This document shows positions 1 through 12,192 of a stretch of DNA of 64,000 nucleotides, in pieces. Below the pieces are notes generated by a model. The model was not told the DNA's origin and ran no database searches. It saw only the letters and a program-made list of their open reading frames with translations. Position 1 is the first letter of the stretch, and each line of letters begins with the position of its first letter. Source of the DNA: Iphione sp. A-MEVVRFRX5 (lineage: Eukaryota); assembly GCA_976226885.1 (NCBI GenBank), contig OZ320321.1, positions 26,970,001 to 27,034,000 on the forward strand, read 5' to 3'. The translations under genes and the position numbers were made by a program.

Positions 1-1209
1 CGGGGTTACAGCTGCGACAGGTTTTTGAATTTCTTCCTTCAATTTCTGTATCTGTTCTTTCAGAGTGTCTTCTGTAACAATGGTGCCAATTTTCTTCTTT
101 TTAGCGTACATTTCTTCCATTTCAACCACACGGATTGCTTCCTCCAAGGTTTTAACGTCAGCACACATACACTTCAATTCAAGCTTATCGCCAAGTGCTC
201 GTTGAAAGAATGCTACAGAAAAAGAATCTCTGGTCTCACGGTCAACTGCAGGATAGGCTCTTCTCATCAACCTGCGTACTGTATCCGCGACTTCTTTAGG
301 CATTTGGTCCTTTTCCCTTCTTAGCGCTGCTACCCTCTTCTGGTACGTAGATGTCTCGGCCGAGGTCAAGTCGCCATAGAAAGAACGGGCCGAACCTGTT
401 AGGGACAGTGCTAACATGCTCTTCTTCGTCGGAAGATCCCAATCGCTCACTCGAGCCCATTCTTCGAATTGTGAGTGCCATCCCTCCCAGTCTGCTTTGC
501 CATCGTATCGTTCCAGTTTGAGCAGGGTAATACGTGAGGGTTGTTTCGCTGCAACGGTCGTTACAGGCTTCGGTGATGATGAGGCGCTCTTCTCTATCTT
601 GCGTCGCAATTTCTGTTTGAGTTCCAACTTCCTGGCTTCGTCCATCAGGGATTTGCTGCCAGATTCTTCCTCGGTCTCGCCGGAATTCTGCAAATCGTCG
701 TCTTGCTTGATTCGACGGTTCTTCAGTCGATACTTGCTCCTCTGCTGAACAGTAACAGGAGGAGTTCCTGGTAGACGTGGATCTATTCGAGGAGTCTGGT
801 CGCTCTGACTCTCGACATCGACCTCTTCTCCATCCTCGTGTACAGGGGGGTCCTCTCCATCCTCGTGAACAGAATCCTGTGGCTGCCCATGCCCAGGGAC
901 AGGGTCGACATTCTCGTCGATTACCTCTACCACGTCCTCGTCCTCGTCCTCGTCCTCGGGCGGCTGGTTCCCCCCTTGGTCGATCTACACGTTCACATCT
1001 ATCGGTATCGGCAGAGGCTGTGGCTCTATTGGCACAGGTTGGTTGTTCTGCAGATTCTGGATAGGGTGCAGCTCGATATTTGGGTCGTGTTCCGGTGGTA
1101 GATTCTGGTGGGGACCCTGAGGCGGCTGATCCTGGTTCCCATTCTGGTTCTGGAGAACTCCTTGGTCTTGGTCCGGGTTGATCCCGTTCGCTCCGTTGGC
1201 TGCCATCAC
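1..1209 (-). pseudogene. gag: Gypsy/Ty3 LTR-retrotransposon gag (runs off the window edge; one in-frame TAG at 985-987)
   Basis: The frame of ORF 985..1209 continues past the TAG without further stops to base 1 (manual translation). It contains KLERYDGKADWEGWHSQFEEWARVSDWDLPTKKSMLALSLTGSARSFY and DTVRRLMRRAYP, typical Gypsy gag motifs. It lies directly downstream of a PBS and LTR. Confidence 0.85.
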
Positions 1210-1274
1210 TCATCTAGGCGTAGTTTCGTTTTATTGCTATCAGGAACTCGAAAAGTATGTCTTTTTCTCTCCTT

Positions 1275-1297
1275 TTCGAATCCCACCGCTGCCACCA
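1275..1297 (-). other. Primer-binding site complementary to the tRNA-Leu 3' end
   Basis: The + strand reads TTCGAATCCCACCGCTGCCACCA, the 3' end of eukaryotic tRNA-Leu including CCA. It is 3 nt from the LTR terminus (TGTAAC at 1301). Confidence 0.9.
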
Positions 1298-1300
1298 AAA

Positions 1301-1735
1301 TGTAACGTGACTAGCGTAGAGAGAAATGAGAAGTCAACGAATTGAGTAAAAATAATCTTGAGAAAAAGTAGAATATAAGTTTTACTCCAAAATACACTAA
1401 ATTGTTGTGCACGGAATGGTCTCTCTCCAGCGTGCAAAGAGAAAGGGTCTGTTTATTCCAGAAAACATGGGTTTATATATGACAGTGTTACATAAGAGTT
1501 GCTAAAAATAGGATGTCTAGACGTCTGCTTATGCGCAGCAAATAAACAATCCGCGAAGTGCCCCTACTACGCAGTATCACAATCCGTGAGATACCTCTAC
1601 TACGCAATATCTCTACCAGTCCGGAAGCTGTCACGGACTGTACCCTTTCGTGGATCGCGGATTCTGTTACGGACCGTTCTCATGGACCAACCATCCTTCT
1701 AGCATTATACGCTCTTATTACATGCGCACACTACA
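1301..1735 (-). mobile_element. 5' LTR of the Gypsy element (LTR family A)
   Basis: Minus strand begins TGTAGTGTG and ends GTTACA. It carries a TATA-like ATATATAAAC and AATAAACAGACCC. Shares blocks with 10379-10790 and 25231-25658. Confidence 0.8.
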
Positions 1736-2044
1736 TTTTTAATGGGCAACCAGTGATGTCTGTGAGATATTGGGTGATTCCTGCCCAGAATGCTTGGGAG
1801 AATGCGGGGAATTCTATTTCCGAATAAATGATTTGAGAAATAGAATCAGGTTTTTTGCAAAAGTAAAAATGAAGATTTGAGATTGGAATGAGTTCCTATG
1901 TGAAACGGTTTGCACATGCACATGAGAATGCTTGTGTGTCTGAGCGAATTTGAATGTCAAGTGTAGGGAGATTTTCTTTAGAGGGTTTTGGAGTTTTGGG
2001 AGTTTTAGGATGTTCAGATTGTTTTGAGTGTTTGGATGATTTGG

Positions 2045-2647
2045 TTATTGATTTGGGCATTGTTGTGATGGTGTTTGTTTTGTTAGATGGACCTGGTGTT
2101 GGTGTTGGTGAAGGTGGTGGTGGTGGTGGTGGTATTTGTGATTTTGGTCATGCTGGTACTGATGCTGGTGTTGGTGTTGGTGTGAGAGTGTTTGGGTCAC
2201 TGTTTGGGGTGCATTGTATTTGTGTGACATATGCAGTTGTGGATTTGGGGTGTCTGGAGGAGCAGGGATGTTGTAAGTACTTTTGAAAGTGAGGATTTCA
2301 TCATCGTCATTGTTGTTTTGGTCACTGTTGGAGGTGATGAGGTGGGACAGGTCATTTTGGTGTTTGGCTTCTTGAGGAGGAATGTCCATTGGGGGACAGA
2401 TGTCTTTTCCATCCTCAAAGAGGAGTTCATATAGTTCATTGAGTGAGTCAGTAAGCATTGTTACAAATGCTAGATTTGTAAATGAATACATGAGATATAT
2501 AGCAATAATGATAGATACAATGTAATTGATATACAGATTTGAAAATGTACACATGAGATATATAATTGTACACAATGATGAAAAATTTGATACAATGGTG
2601 CAGTAGTAGTAACGGTGTTGATAAGTAGTTTTTTGTACAGTTCTCAA
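2045..2647 (-). pseudogene. Uncharacterised low-complexity reading frame downstream of Polinton polB (possible Polinton accessory ORF)
   Basis: Open frames with acidic and His/Gln/Pro-rich composition over a (GGT)n tract at ~2105-2135. Same strand as polB. No family motif recognised. Confidence 0.25.
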
Positions 2648-2857
2648 GAGAGTGTCACTTTTGCCAGATTCGCAGACTTCGTAGATGTATACTTGATTGG
2701 TTTGGCTCAGATGCTCTCGTGAGCAAGATTTTTTTTGTGTTTTTTTGATTTTATAATTTTATTTTTAATTATCCAATATAGTTACTATCACCATCATTAT
2801 CATCATCATATACAGTGTGCTCATTTCTTACAATGAAAGAGAGAGAGAAGAGAGACC

Positions 2858-5800
2858 TTAAATATCTAATGGAAGCATACTGACACAATCATCACACACT
2901 TTGTGTTTGATATATTGATAACCAAGACCCCTTTAGGGCTGTTTAAAAGTAACTACATGATGGTCGATAACTAGGAAGGAGCTATTGCAGACATCATGAC
3001 TCTTTTTAGTTTTAAGAACTTCACTATAGATAGTGGGTGTTAGATTATTCTGTTTTTGAATGCTTCCCTTACAACTAATTTTGGTTTTTTCTCCTTTTTA
3101 TACTATGTAACATTTATAGCCGATTGTTAGTGTACAGGTTAAAGTTAAACCCGGGATTAACTAACCCGGGGGTTAAGTCCGCTGTCCGCTAGGTTAACTG
3201 AACCGGCTAACCGTGTTAGCGGAGATTCAACTAAACCGCTCAGAATTTTATGTGTACTTTGGGATTGCTGGGAAACGGGAAAGCATTTTACGGAATAAAG
3301 GTTATTATTTGATTTTTGTGTCATATGTGTTCATGTTTTACTTGAAATAATGTAATTTAGTAAATATTGACATACTTTTGGCCTCTCGAATTTGTTAACA
3401 TCACTACGTTATTTCTTATCTGACGTCACCTGTAGTTGGTTACCATAGTTACTCGCGGGAAAGCACCGGCGCCCAGGGCTCAACCGCTGGCGCGGCATGA
3501 CCGCAAGTGTGAAATATCATAGCATGCTGGCCATATTGACAATAATATTGACTATTTAGTTGCCTCGACGTAATTCAAGGAAGGTACAACAATGGCAAAC
3601 CGTAGACACATCCACCCTGACTGTGTCGCCGATGACACGGTGCTCTGCCCCTACAGATACATAAATCCCATTGGTGACGGAGGTAAGCCACATTTAAAAA
3701 ATTGAATTTCATTGAAAATATTTAAATTCGTGTCATTTTCTTTATCTATACTTGATCCTCTTAACAGAAATATATCATAAAAAACTCACCACAAGCCAAA
3801 AATCGAAGGAAAATGCACATTTGGATAAGTGCGGGTACCGGGCGACCGCAATTATTTTCCTTCATTAGCGGACGCAAGAAGGTGGCCACCAGCAACAGAA
3901 TGGTTTGCGGTCGAAAACAAAATCTTTTGAGCACCTTCTCCTCCCTATACATTAGCAGAGGGTTCAAGGGGTCAGATAAATGCCTCAGCGTGTAGTCTTC
4001 CTCATCTTCTGTACGCCTACGAGTTCGTCTGCTCAAACGTCGGGCTGCCATTTTTAAGCGTTTTAAGTATTTAAACCTACTAGGGACCCAGGGTTAGTTT
4101 AACCGGTTTAACTTTACAAAGCGGACATTCTTGCAAACGGGTTTAGCGGATATGCCTAGCGGTTTTAACTTAAGCGGATTAAGTCATCGTTTTAAGTGCG
4201 CCAACAATCGGCTATTAGAGTTAAGAGAAGTCATTTGATTTCCTTCCCATTCGATTTTGAAAAGACCTGGGTACCTTGATCGTATTTCAACCGTTTCTGA
4301 CAACAGGGAGTTGGTATCCATGGTAAGATAAATGTTTGAGCTGCCTCATAATTTTTACAATGGTTAATGGTTATTACAGGATTCTGATGGAAACTATAAG
4401 TGTCTTTCTTTGAAGTAGTCTGCTTTGAGATTTGGTTTAACTAAATTATCTAGTTTTGTATCAGTAAGAGCTATGTAGAGACTGTCTGTGTCCATTTCAC
4501 AGAGTTCGAAATCTTTTAGATCAAAGAACTTGAGTAAGTAATTGTAATAGAAAGATAACATTTTTAAATTAGCATATTGGTATACCATAAACCCTATTTG
4601 AATAGGAAGATTGTGAATAATTTTGGTGGGAATTGATGTGATTTCTATTGTGTTATCACTTCTATCTTCTGCATGTTGAACAGACCAGTGGAGTAATAAA
4701 CATCTAGCTTTTTGTGGTGAGACATAACAGGTGACAGTAAAATTTTGTTTGTTTGTAATTGTTTTTCCATAAGAGCTGTCTCCTAATAGGTTGTACAGAT
4801 CAGAAAGAATTATACAACTTGTATCTTGGTCATCCATGCATCGAGCTTTTGTAACTTCATTCACAAAATTGTTGAATGTGCATTCTGGAAGATATTCAAC
4901 TACTAGATGAACTTTGCTGACTAATAATCCTTTATTAAGGTACCATTGCAATAAGTGAGTGCCTAGTAGAATTTTTTCACCAAAATAGCTACCTATTAGT
5001 TGATGCTGTGGTCTTCTAGGTAGGTTTTCATATGTGCTCCTACTTTTAACCTACTTGAATATTTTTAAAAATGGGTGTCATTTCAGAAAAGGTTTCACAT
5101 AGTTCTTTGAGTGTATGAATATCAAATTTTGCGGGTCCTAAAAGTTTTCCCTCTTTGATTTGTGAAATGATATATGATTCAGAGAGTAATTTCATTTTTG
5201 GACGGGGCACATTCCAGTGCTTTTTGACAGCACTAACTTCTGGTTCTTTACATAAAACTAAACAGTCATATTCGTATATACTTATGACCTCATAACCTAA
5301 TTTTTCTAAGTAGCAAGTGGATACTGTGGTTTTGAAAGCACAATCTCCAGCTTCTTTCCTATTCTTTGGATCAGCAAAAGACATGGATAATTCGACATGG
5401 ATGACCATGCCAATAGCAGCCATGAAACTGATATATGTTTTTTTTGTTGGGGACGATACCATCAACACTTATTTGACATTCACCGATACAAATTTCATCT
5501 CCATAATTGTATTGGTGTAGAATGTTAACTTTGTCTACATAGCTTCGATAACAAAGCCACTCAGTGACAGCGAAGCTAATTTTCTGTGTGGCAGAATTTG
5601 TTTGCGGCACTGTACAATATAAAACCCTGCACAATGAGCCTCTCCCATATATTTGAGATAGCGGCTGTTGGTTTCCACTACTAATATGTGTCTACAACAT
5701 TAACTTTCACTACCATACTTGTTTTTTTAAATGAATGTTTCACCAATTTTGTGGAATTGATGAAAAATGATAGAGGGACCACCAACTAGATTTTTTTGCA

Positions 5801-6230
5801 CAAGTTTGTGAATGTCTGCATCTGCTTTATTAAAGAGAATATAAGGAGTGTTTTGTTAAATGTTTTGGAATAAGAATCTAAGTGTGAGTCCTGCTAAAGT
5901 AACACCATCTTTGAACATATCAATACCATGTTCAAAAAAGAATTCTGAATGTTTTTGTATAGATGCTATGAACGGTTGGACATCTTTATAGTTATAATAA
6001 ATTAAGTAGTCTCTGAATGTTTGCATGTCTTTTTTTTTCCAAACCTCCTGACATAATTGATAATTTTGTTTAGAGATGGTTTGCTGGTTTAGTGAACTGT
6101 AAAAAGCACTCCATGGAGCAAAAGAATTATTGTTTAATTTATGAATATCATCCATTCATTCATAATGAAAGAATCCTTTATGATCTTTTTTGAGAAAAGC
6201 TTTTCAATAATTTGCATACAAATAGTTGAA
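2858..6230 (-). pseudogene. polB: Polinton/Maverick (adintovirus) protein-primed DNA polymerase B, frameshifted and interrupted by a Harbinger insertion
   Basis: Motifs in the expected order: KGFFHYEWMD (~6170), DYLIYYNYKDV, VGGPSIIFH (~5775), the QFHGCYWHGHPC nuclease-like insert, LLGDSSYGK, CEMDTDSLY, and C-terminal GLGYQYIKHKVCDDCVSMLPLDI* ending at 2858 on the far side of the insertion. Confidence 0.9.
3117..4214 (-). mobile_element. PIF/Harbinger DNA transposon, internally deleted
   Basis: 19-bp TIRs TAGCCGATTGTTAGTGTAC / GTGCGCCAACAATCGGCTA (3 mismatches). TTA target duplication at 3114-3116 and 4215-4217. ORF 3761-4051 resembles a Harbinger transposase N-terminal HTH region (PALIQMCIFLRFLACGEF). 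Confidence 0.85.
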
Positions 6231-6479
6231 CATGTAGTTGAACATGGTAGTTGAACATGTCTAAGAAAATTGTATGCTGTGTGTATATTGCTATATACTG
6301 GTTTGACCAGCAATATTCAAAACAAAAAAAAACAGTTATTCAGGTTAACTTCCACCCTGATATTCATTATAAATACTCCAACATTCATAACATCTAAATA
6401 AAGGATCAATTTGAGGCTTGTAGAAGCAAATTACTAACCTAAAAAGATGAAAGAATGCAGTATTGGAGAAAACAGACAA

Positions 6480-6640
6480 CCACCACGATGAAATCTGCGA
6501 CAGTGACGTATGTTCCCGCGCTGCCAAAATCTGGGTCAAATTGTCACGTGAAACTACGGGGTTACATGATTGGCGGGACCTCACGTCAATCATTACGGTG
6601 ACGTCCCACGGCGATCAGCCAATTAGACCTACACGCCATG
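6480..6640. promoter_or_regulatory. CpG-rich divergent intergenic region between Polinton polB and capsid genes
   Basis: TGACGT half-sites at 6504, 6583 (rev) and 6599. E2F-like TTCCCGCG at 6513 and TTGGCGGG at 6570. CCAAT at 6569 (rev) and 6619. Confidence 0.4.
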
Positions 6641-7879
6641 CCCGCTACTCAGAAAGATGTCATATGCAGTCAAAAAATGACGAAAACAACCAACAACACC
6701 TTAACAGACAACACTACCACATTTGTCTTCATGTTCGAACCCAACGCACTCTACATCAATCTTGATGTCGTACTCTACCTCTACCTCAAGTTGTACAAGC
6801 CAACAGCACTCCCATCACCCATGCTCAAGATGCAGCTCCCATGAACAACATTGCACACTCACTTTTCAGTAATGTGCAAATGTTGATCAATGGAGAAAAA
6901 ATCACCAGCAACAGTGATGAATACACATACAAAGCATACATACTTGATCTCCTATCCAAAGACAAGGGTCAAAAAGACACCTGGCTGAAGGGATGCCAAA
7001 AATGGTATGAAGATACACATGGACAAATGGAGACAAGAGGAGATGCTAACAAAGGATGGACAGCTTGAAAAACTGAAGCCTGCAGTGCCAATACACATGC
7101 ACTCCTCATGCACCCTCATATAGATCCCTTGAGGCAATGCAAATACTTACCCGGACAATGCGAACTCAGATTCATCTTTGAACATTCGCCTGAAGCATTC
7201 TACATGCACCAAGCAGCAAATGCAGGATGTCATATCCAAATCACCAAAGTGGAAATGAGTCTGTGGCAATGTCAAATCTGCCCAGAGGTTGTAAAGTTTC
7301 ATAATAAAATGATCTACACACCTTGATTTGGTCCATTCAACTATCCGATCCAAAGGTCTCGAGTCACAAAGCACACACTCAACCAAGCAGCAACTGAGTA
7401 GAGCTGGACACAACCAGACACGTCCCAGATACCTACACAAACAGTGCTTTGCTTCATTAAAGAAACGAGTAGCTCGGGTCACAATGAAGAGAACCCATAC
7501 TTCTTCCGCCCCTACAATCTGAAAAAAGCTAATGTCAAGTACCATGATCTCAAGTACGAACTGAATACCGACTTCGACAGTGGCAACTTCATACAAGCTT
7601 ATGCTCAACTGTTCTCTGAAACAGGGCTTGAAATAGTTGAGAAGCACTGTGGCATCACCCCCAAACACTTCAAAGGAGGTAGTGCACTGTTTGCTTTTGA
7701 TCTCACACCAGACCAGAAGACAAACAGGTCAATCTGATCTGGCAAACTTACTGCGCTTCTTACTGCAATTTGGAGCAGCCACAGAACAGGCCATCTCTGT
7801 AATGATATGTTCCTTCTATGACAACCTGATCACACTCAACAGTGATCGTCTCCCAACAACCGACTACCACATGGTCTAA
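6638..7879 (+). pseudogene. Polinton/adintovirus major capsid protein (double jelly-roll), frameshifted
   Basis: Fragments across ORFs 6638-7879: NNIAHSLFSNVQMLINGEKIT, YKAYILDLLS, HIDPLRQCKYLP, ENPYFFRPYNL, FKGGSALFAFDLTPD, SFYDNLITLNSDR. These match Polinton MCP motifs. Confidence 0.85.
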
Positions 7880-7903
7880 AAGAAGCCGCAAAAGCAGGCC
7901 AGG

Positions 7904-8248
7904 TTGATGCATACCTCTGACAATGACTACATCCTAAGAAACAATCCTTACACACAACATTATTACCTTGGCACATTTCCAAGTGATCTAATCTCCAAAC
8001 ACCCCAAACCTAATAGCTGTTTCATCAGTAACACAGATCTACACACAAAACAAGGACAATATTCGGTAGCCCTCTACACTGACGCTCTCTTACAAAGTTA
8101 TTATTTTGACTCATACAGTCTATCTCCATTTATCCCAAACTACATTTGCTTCCTTCATAAAGCTGAAAAGTGGGACTTCAATAAAAAACAACTACAACAA
8201 CTTTATTCTACTAAATGTGGGGAACACTGCATAAGCTTCCTAATCTAA
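7904..8248 (+). pseudogene. Polinton adenain-like cysteine (maturation) protease
   Basis: LGTFPSD..FISNTD...GQYSVA..YYFDSY...QLQQLYSTKCGEHCI. The usual catalytic His (GxHWVA) reads Tyr. It follows the MCP directly. Confidence 0.85.
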
Positions 8249-8274
8249 ACATGTCGTTCACAGGATCTACATCA

Positions 8275-8900
8275 TATAATAATAATAATAATAATAATTG
8301 ATTTTATTCATTCCAAGGATCGTCTTAACGGACGGTTTTCATAGTGTGGAATGCTTGTGTACAAGGTCTTGTCTGACAGTTAACTGACATGACCAGGTGA
8401 TGAATGTTATGAAATGGGATATTTACAATTGCAATAGTTGTACATTAGATAGAAGAGCAGGTAATTAGTAGAATCCGGTCAATGCATGATTTTAGTAGTC
8501 CCTTTCACATATGGACATTGATAAAAAGCTCGTACATGAATTGAATTCTTTTGCTTCAGTCATATTTCTAAAGAGTGGATCTAAAGCATTCCAACATTTT
8601 GGCCCAACATAGATAATTGAATTTCGGTATGTATTAATTCTGGGAATTTCTTGCCTAAGCACTGGACCATCAGATGTTCTTGTGTGTGAGTCAGCTTTCA
8701 TAGGTAGCAGGTTGATTCTTATACTTCTAAACATTGTTTTGAGAATAATATTAGTCCGTCTCAGGTAAGTGCTGCTTATTCCAAAAGTTTGGTGGAGGTC
8801 TTTATTGTGAATCTCATAATTTTTTAATTGCCCTTTATGCTTCATTCTATATATAATTCTAAGTGCTCTGTTTTGCATTGTTTGAATTCTTTGTAGTGTT
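8275..8900 (-). mobile_element. 5'-truncated LINE (CR1/L2-like) 3' end with (TAT)n tail
   Basis: ORF 8492-8878 (QNRALRII...NSIIYVGPKCWNAL) is typical of the post-RT C-terminus. (AAT)n at ~8278-8297 is the tail. Confidence 0.75.
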
Positions 8901-9249
8901 TTTGAGTTGCAAGTTGTTAAGTAGATGGTGCAGTAGTCGATGATTGGTTGTATTGTAACATATGATGAAACAGATGCAGTTTCTTCCTCTTCTCTATATG
9001 GATCGAGACACGAATCACTACTAATAGCATCCGGTGTAGACTCAACACCGGCGTATGCAGAAGACCAGAAGGCAACATCATTTCACTTCCTTCGTCAACC
9101 ACACCCCACCGATCCACACTTGAACATGAAAGTGAAGACGGGATGGAAGAGAAAAAAGAAAAAGAGGAAAAAGAAGAAGAAGAATTCAACATCATTTTGG
9201 AAGGGTGCAATCTATGTTATGTAAATGTCCATATACTATCAAGAATGAT

Positions 9250-9668
9250 ACCCCTCATTTCTACCAGTTCCTGGTCACTCTAGACCGGGTTTGGCTTGAG
9301 ACATAGTGCAATATTTGCTGTAAGAGTTGTTCTTCTGTTGGTATGATCAACCATTTTCCCTACCAGTAACATGCTAGGATAGTTAGCATCCGCTTTGACT
9401 CCCTATGTGTTTATGCCATTTGCACTGTTCCACTATTACATATCTCAAACTGTGTTCTTAGCTAGTATTCATTAACATTTATGTATGTACTATATTGACT
9501 TCAATTATGCTCAATCACCTGTCAAAATGCTTACTCTCATGTTATTTAAGTTTAGCCTAGTTCCAATCTTATGTTCTGTTTGTACTTATGTTTATATTAA
9601 TCACGGAATACTCAATGTCATAACTGAGTTAATTAATAGAAGAATTGAATTGAATTGAATTGAACTTA
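9250..9668 (+). mobile_element. Degenerate LINE 3' end with (GAATT)n tail
   Basis: GAATT x4-5 at ~9642-9665 after an AT-rich UTR-like stretch. Only faint coding similarity upstream. Confidence 0.4.
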
Positions 9669-10378
9669 TCATCAGATTTGTAAAGAGGTATCACTTTAGT
9701 AGTGTTTCATGAGTGAATAATATTTGCCCTCTATATTGATGGGATAAAACAGACTACAATAAATTGCTACATGTGCCTAGACATAATTTAAAGAACTTTG
9801 TTCAAATACCATCAATATTCACAGATTTGGAGTTTTTCATACTCATAATTAAGTGTACAAGGCCATCCTTATTAACCAAATCTATATCAAATTTCAATCC
9901 AACCTTTGGACTTTGGCATAGTATCTGGTAAATGTTTAGTGAAATTGTTCACTACATTAAAAAGCAATTCTCTGAAAGCATTAGCAAGGGCCTTAAATAT
10001 AATAATGCTATACCAAGCCAGTCACATTAAAAGTGTACAAATGAATAATGATTTCTGTACATTAATAATGGAAAAATAAGGTTATTGTGACAGTTAAACA
10101 ACATTTTGTTGTGTTAAAATTTGAAACAATCCAAGAAACATTCTAAAAATACAGGCTAATCCTAGATGTCTGAAGGCATTCTTCACCCTCTACATGGTAA
10201 TGCCTGAAGGCATCATCAGGCTTTGGCCTTGCAATGCCTGAAGGCATCATCCATACTTATAGGGTGAATACATTATGAACTGTATGCAGTAACAGACTGC
10301 AGGCAGGCATTAACACATTTGGAATTCAAGAAACTGTACCAGTTGTATTCTCTGAAGGTATCCACATTTGGTTTATTT

Positions 10379-10790
10379 TGTAGTGTGTGAATAAGTGTAA
10401 AAGTATGATCTGGCTCAGAGAATCCATGATCTATGATGAGCGATTCATCTGAGATGATCTGTTACAGACTGTTTTGCACAAATAGAGAGTGCGTAGTAGG
10501 GGGAACAGTGTAGATGGAACCTCTAATGCAGTAGATTCAGATACTGCATAGATTCCTCCAGACCAGACATATGTCTAGACAGTATACTATTTTTAGTAAC
10601 CATTATGTAACACTGTAGTATACAAACCCCATGTTTTTCTGAATAAACAGACCCTCTCTCTTTGTACACATGAGAGAGTTCACCCCATGCACAACAAGTT
10701 CAGTGTAATTGGAGTGAACCAGATTCTTATCTTTGTTATTTTGTTCAACTCTTGGCAGGCAAGAGCTTATCTAGACATCAACAACTTACA
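10379..10790 (+). mobile_element. Solo LTR, family A
   Basis: TGTAGTG...CTTACA flanked by an ATTT 4-bp TSD (10375-10378 / 10791-10794). Shares GAATAAACAGACCC and CACAACAA.TT.AGTGTA blocks with LTR 1301-1735. Confidence 0.85.
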
Positions 10791-11440
10791 ATTTGATGAC
10801 AAACAAGAATGTTTTATTCAAACAGTATGTGGCCTTATCAAAATGTTTTCTAGATTTAAGGTAACTTTACATTTCTTGAGTCATTCTGATCATCAATGGT
10901 GGTGCTGGTTTGAAATATGAATTTATTTGTGGCTTCCCAAATGTGGAGCTGAGATCAAAGTTGTCCACTGAATGGTTCTATCAGAATATAGATAAACATT
11001 TACTTCCACCTAGAGATATTCAGACCTTTATCGGTTAGCAATTGTTTAAGTAATTGAAGTCTATGACCCCTGAAGAAGTCTCACACATAAGACGAAGTGT
11101 TGTGAAAAATGTTGTGAAATGTTAAATGTACTAAATGCACAAAATGTATGATAAAACTAACAAATCACAAATGAAGTTAAAAGTATTGGTGCTCCTTTAT
11201 CTGCACAGTAGAAGTCTATATATTTTCAGCTATATGTGAAATTCGCGTTGCCGCGGGAGCACGCAGGGATTCACTCTTTCCCTTGGGATCGTAATGAAGG
11301 TTAATGTTGGAACAGAATACCTCTGATATGGGACTGCTTTCAGGTCCTGTACTTCCTTCTTCTCCTTCTTTCTCTCTTTGATCCACAGGCTGGTTCCAGT
11401 CTCAGGTCACAATCTGATGTCTTTCTTCTCTGTCCCCAAT

Positions 11441-11549
11441 CAGGGCTCAATAAAGTTTGTAGTACTGTTAGGGCCTAATAAAGTTGTAATACTGTCAGGG
11501 CCTAATAAAGTTGTAGTACGGTCAGGGCCCAATAAAGTTATAGTTCAGC
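11441..11549 (+). repeat. Four tandem 27-28 bp units, each containing AATAAA
   Basis: Consensus CAGGGCCTAATAAAGTTGTAGTACTGT x4. Confidence 0.9.
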
Positions 11550-12192
11550 CCTGTGTTGATGCACCTTTCGTGTTGTTTTTATAACAAATGCTTACCATGC
11601 AGTGGCCGAGGTTGGAGAAGAGGAATGACAAGGAGTCCTGGTGTACAATTTCCAGAGGGTTTTTATTCCTGAGCACATCGATGGGATGATGCTCTCCCCT
11701 CCTGACAGCACAAGATGGTATAATGGATGTGTGGCAGGCTTAACTCACTAGGGATAGGTGTCGGGCTTAGGAGTCAGACCAGAGCCTCTGTCTTGCAGTC
11801 CCAGGCAGGAGAGCCAGAGTTCATGTAGTAGATGAAGGGAAGGGCCCGGGCTGGCCCTTAGCAGGCTGGGTGGCTGGGAGCCTGGCTGGCTTGACTGAAG
11901 TCCTGGGTGGCTGTCTGGCTGCCTGGGGAAGACTGGAGGCCTGGAGGCTGCTGGATGCAGGAGAGGTCTGGTCTGATCTCGGCCGCCGTCTTCAGGTGTG
12001 GATCCCAGAAGCGAGATGCCCAGGGGAGGTGAGGATGCTCCTTATATCCTACCCTGTCCCTGGCCACTCTCTTCCTATTGGCTAAGGAATGGACTATTTT
12101 GATTGGCCAGTTTGGGGAGGAGGCCTTCTCTGATTGGCCCGCATAAGCAAGTACCCCATGCCTGAATGCCAGAGGATCAAAGAAATTCCGTA

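Noticed and set aside
296-1213. 305-aa Arg/Gly-rich ORF
   Set aside because: An alternative frame of the gag region. The RGRGRG comes from a GAC-GAG repeat that encodes EDEDED in the gag frame.
1275-1297. tRNA-Leu gene
   Set aside because: Only the 3' 23 nt including CCA are present, adjacent to an LTR, so this is a PBS rather than a gene.
10160-10270. ATGCCTGAAGGCAT hairpin repeats within a TTCACCCT/AGGGTGAA inverted pair
   Set aside because: Too short and degenerate to call; probably a MITE relic, with no TSD established.
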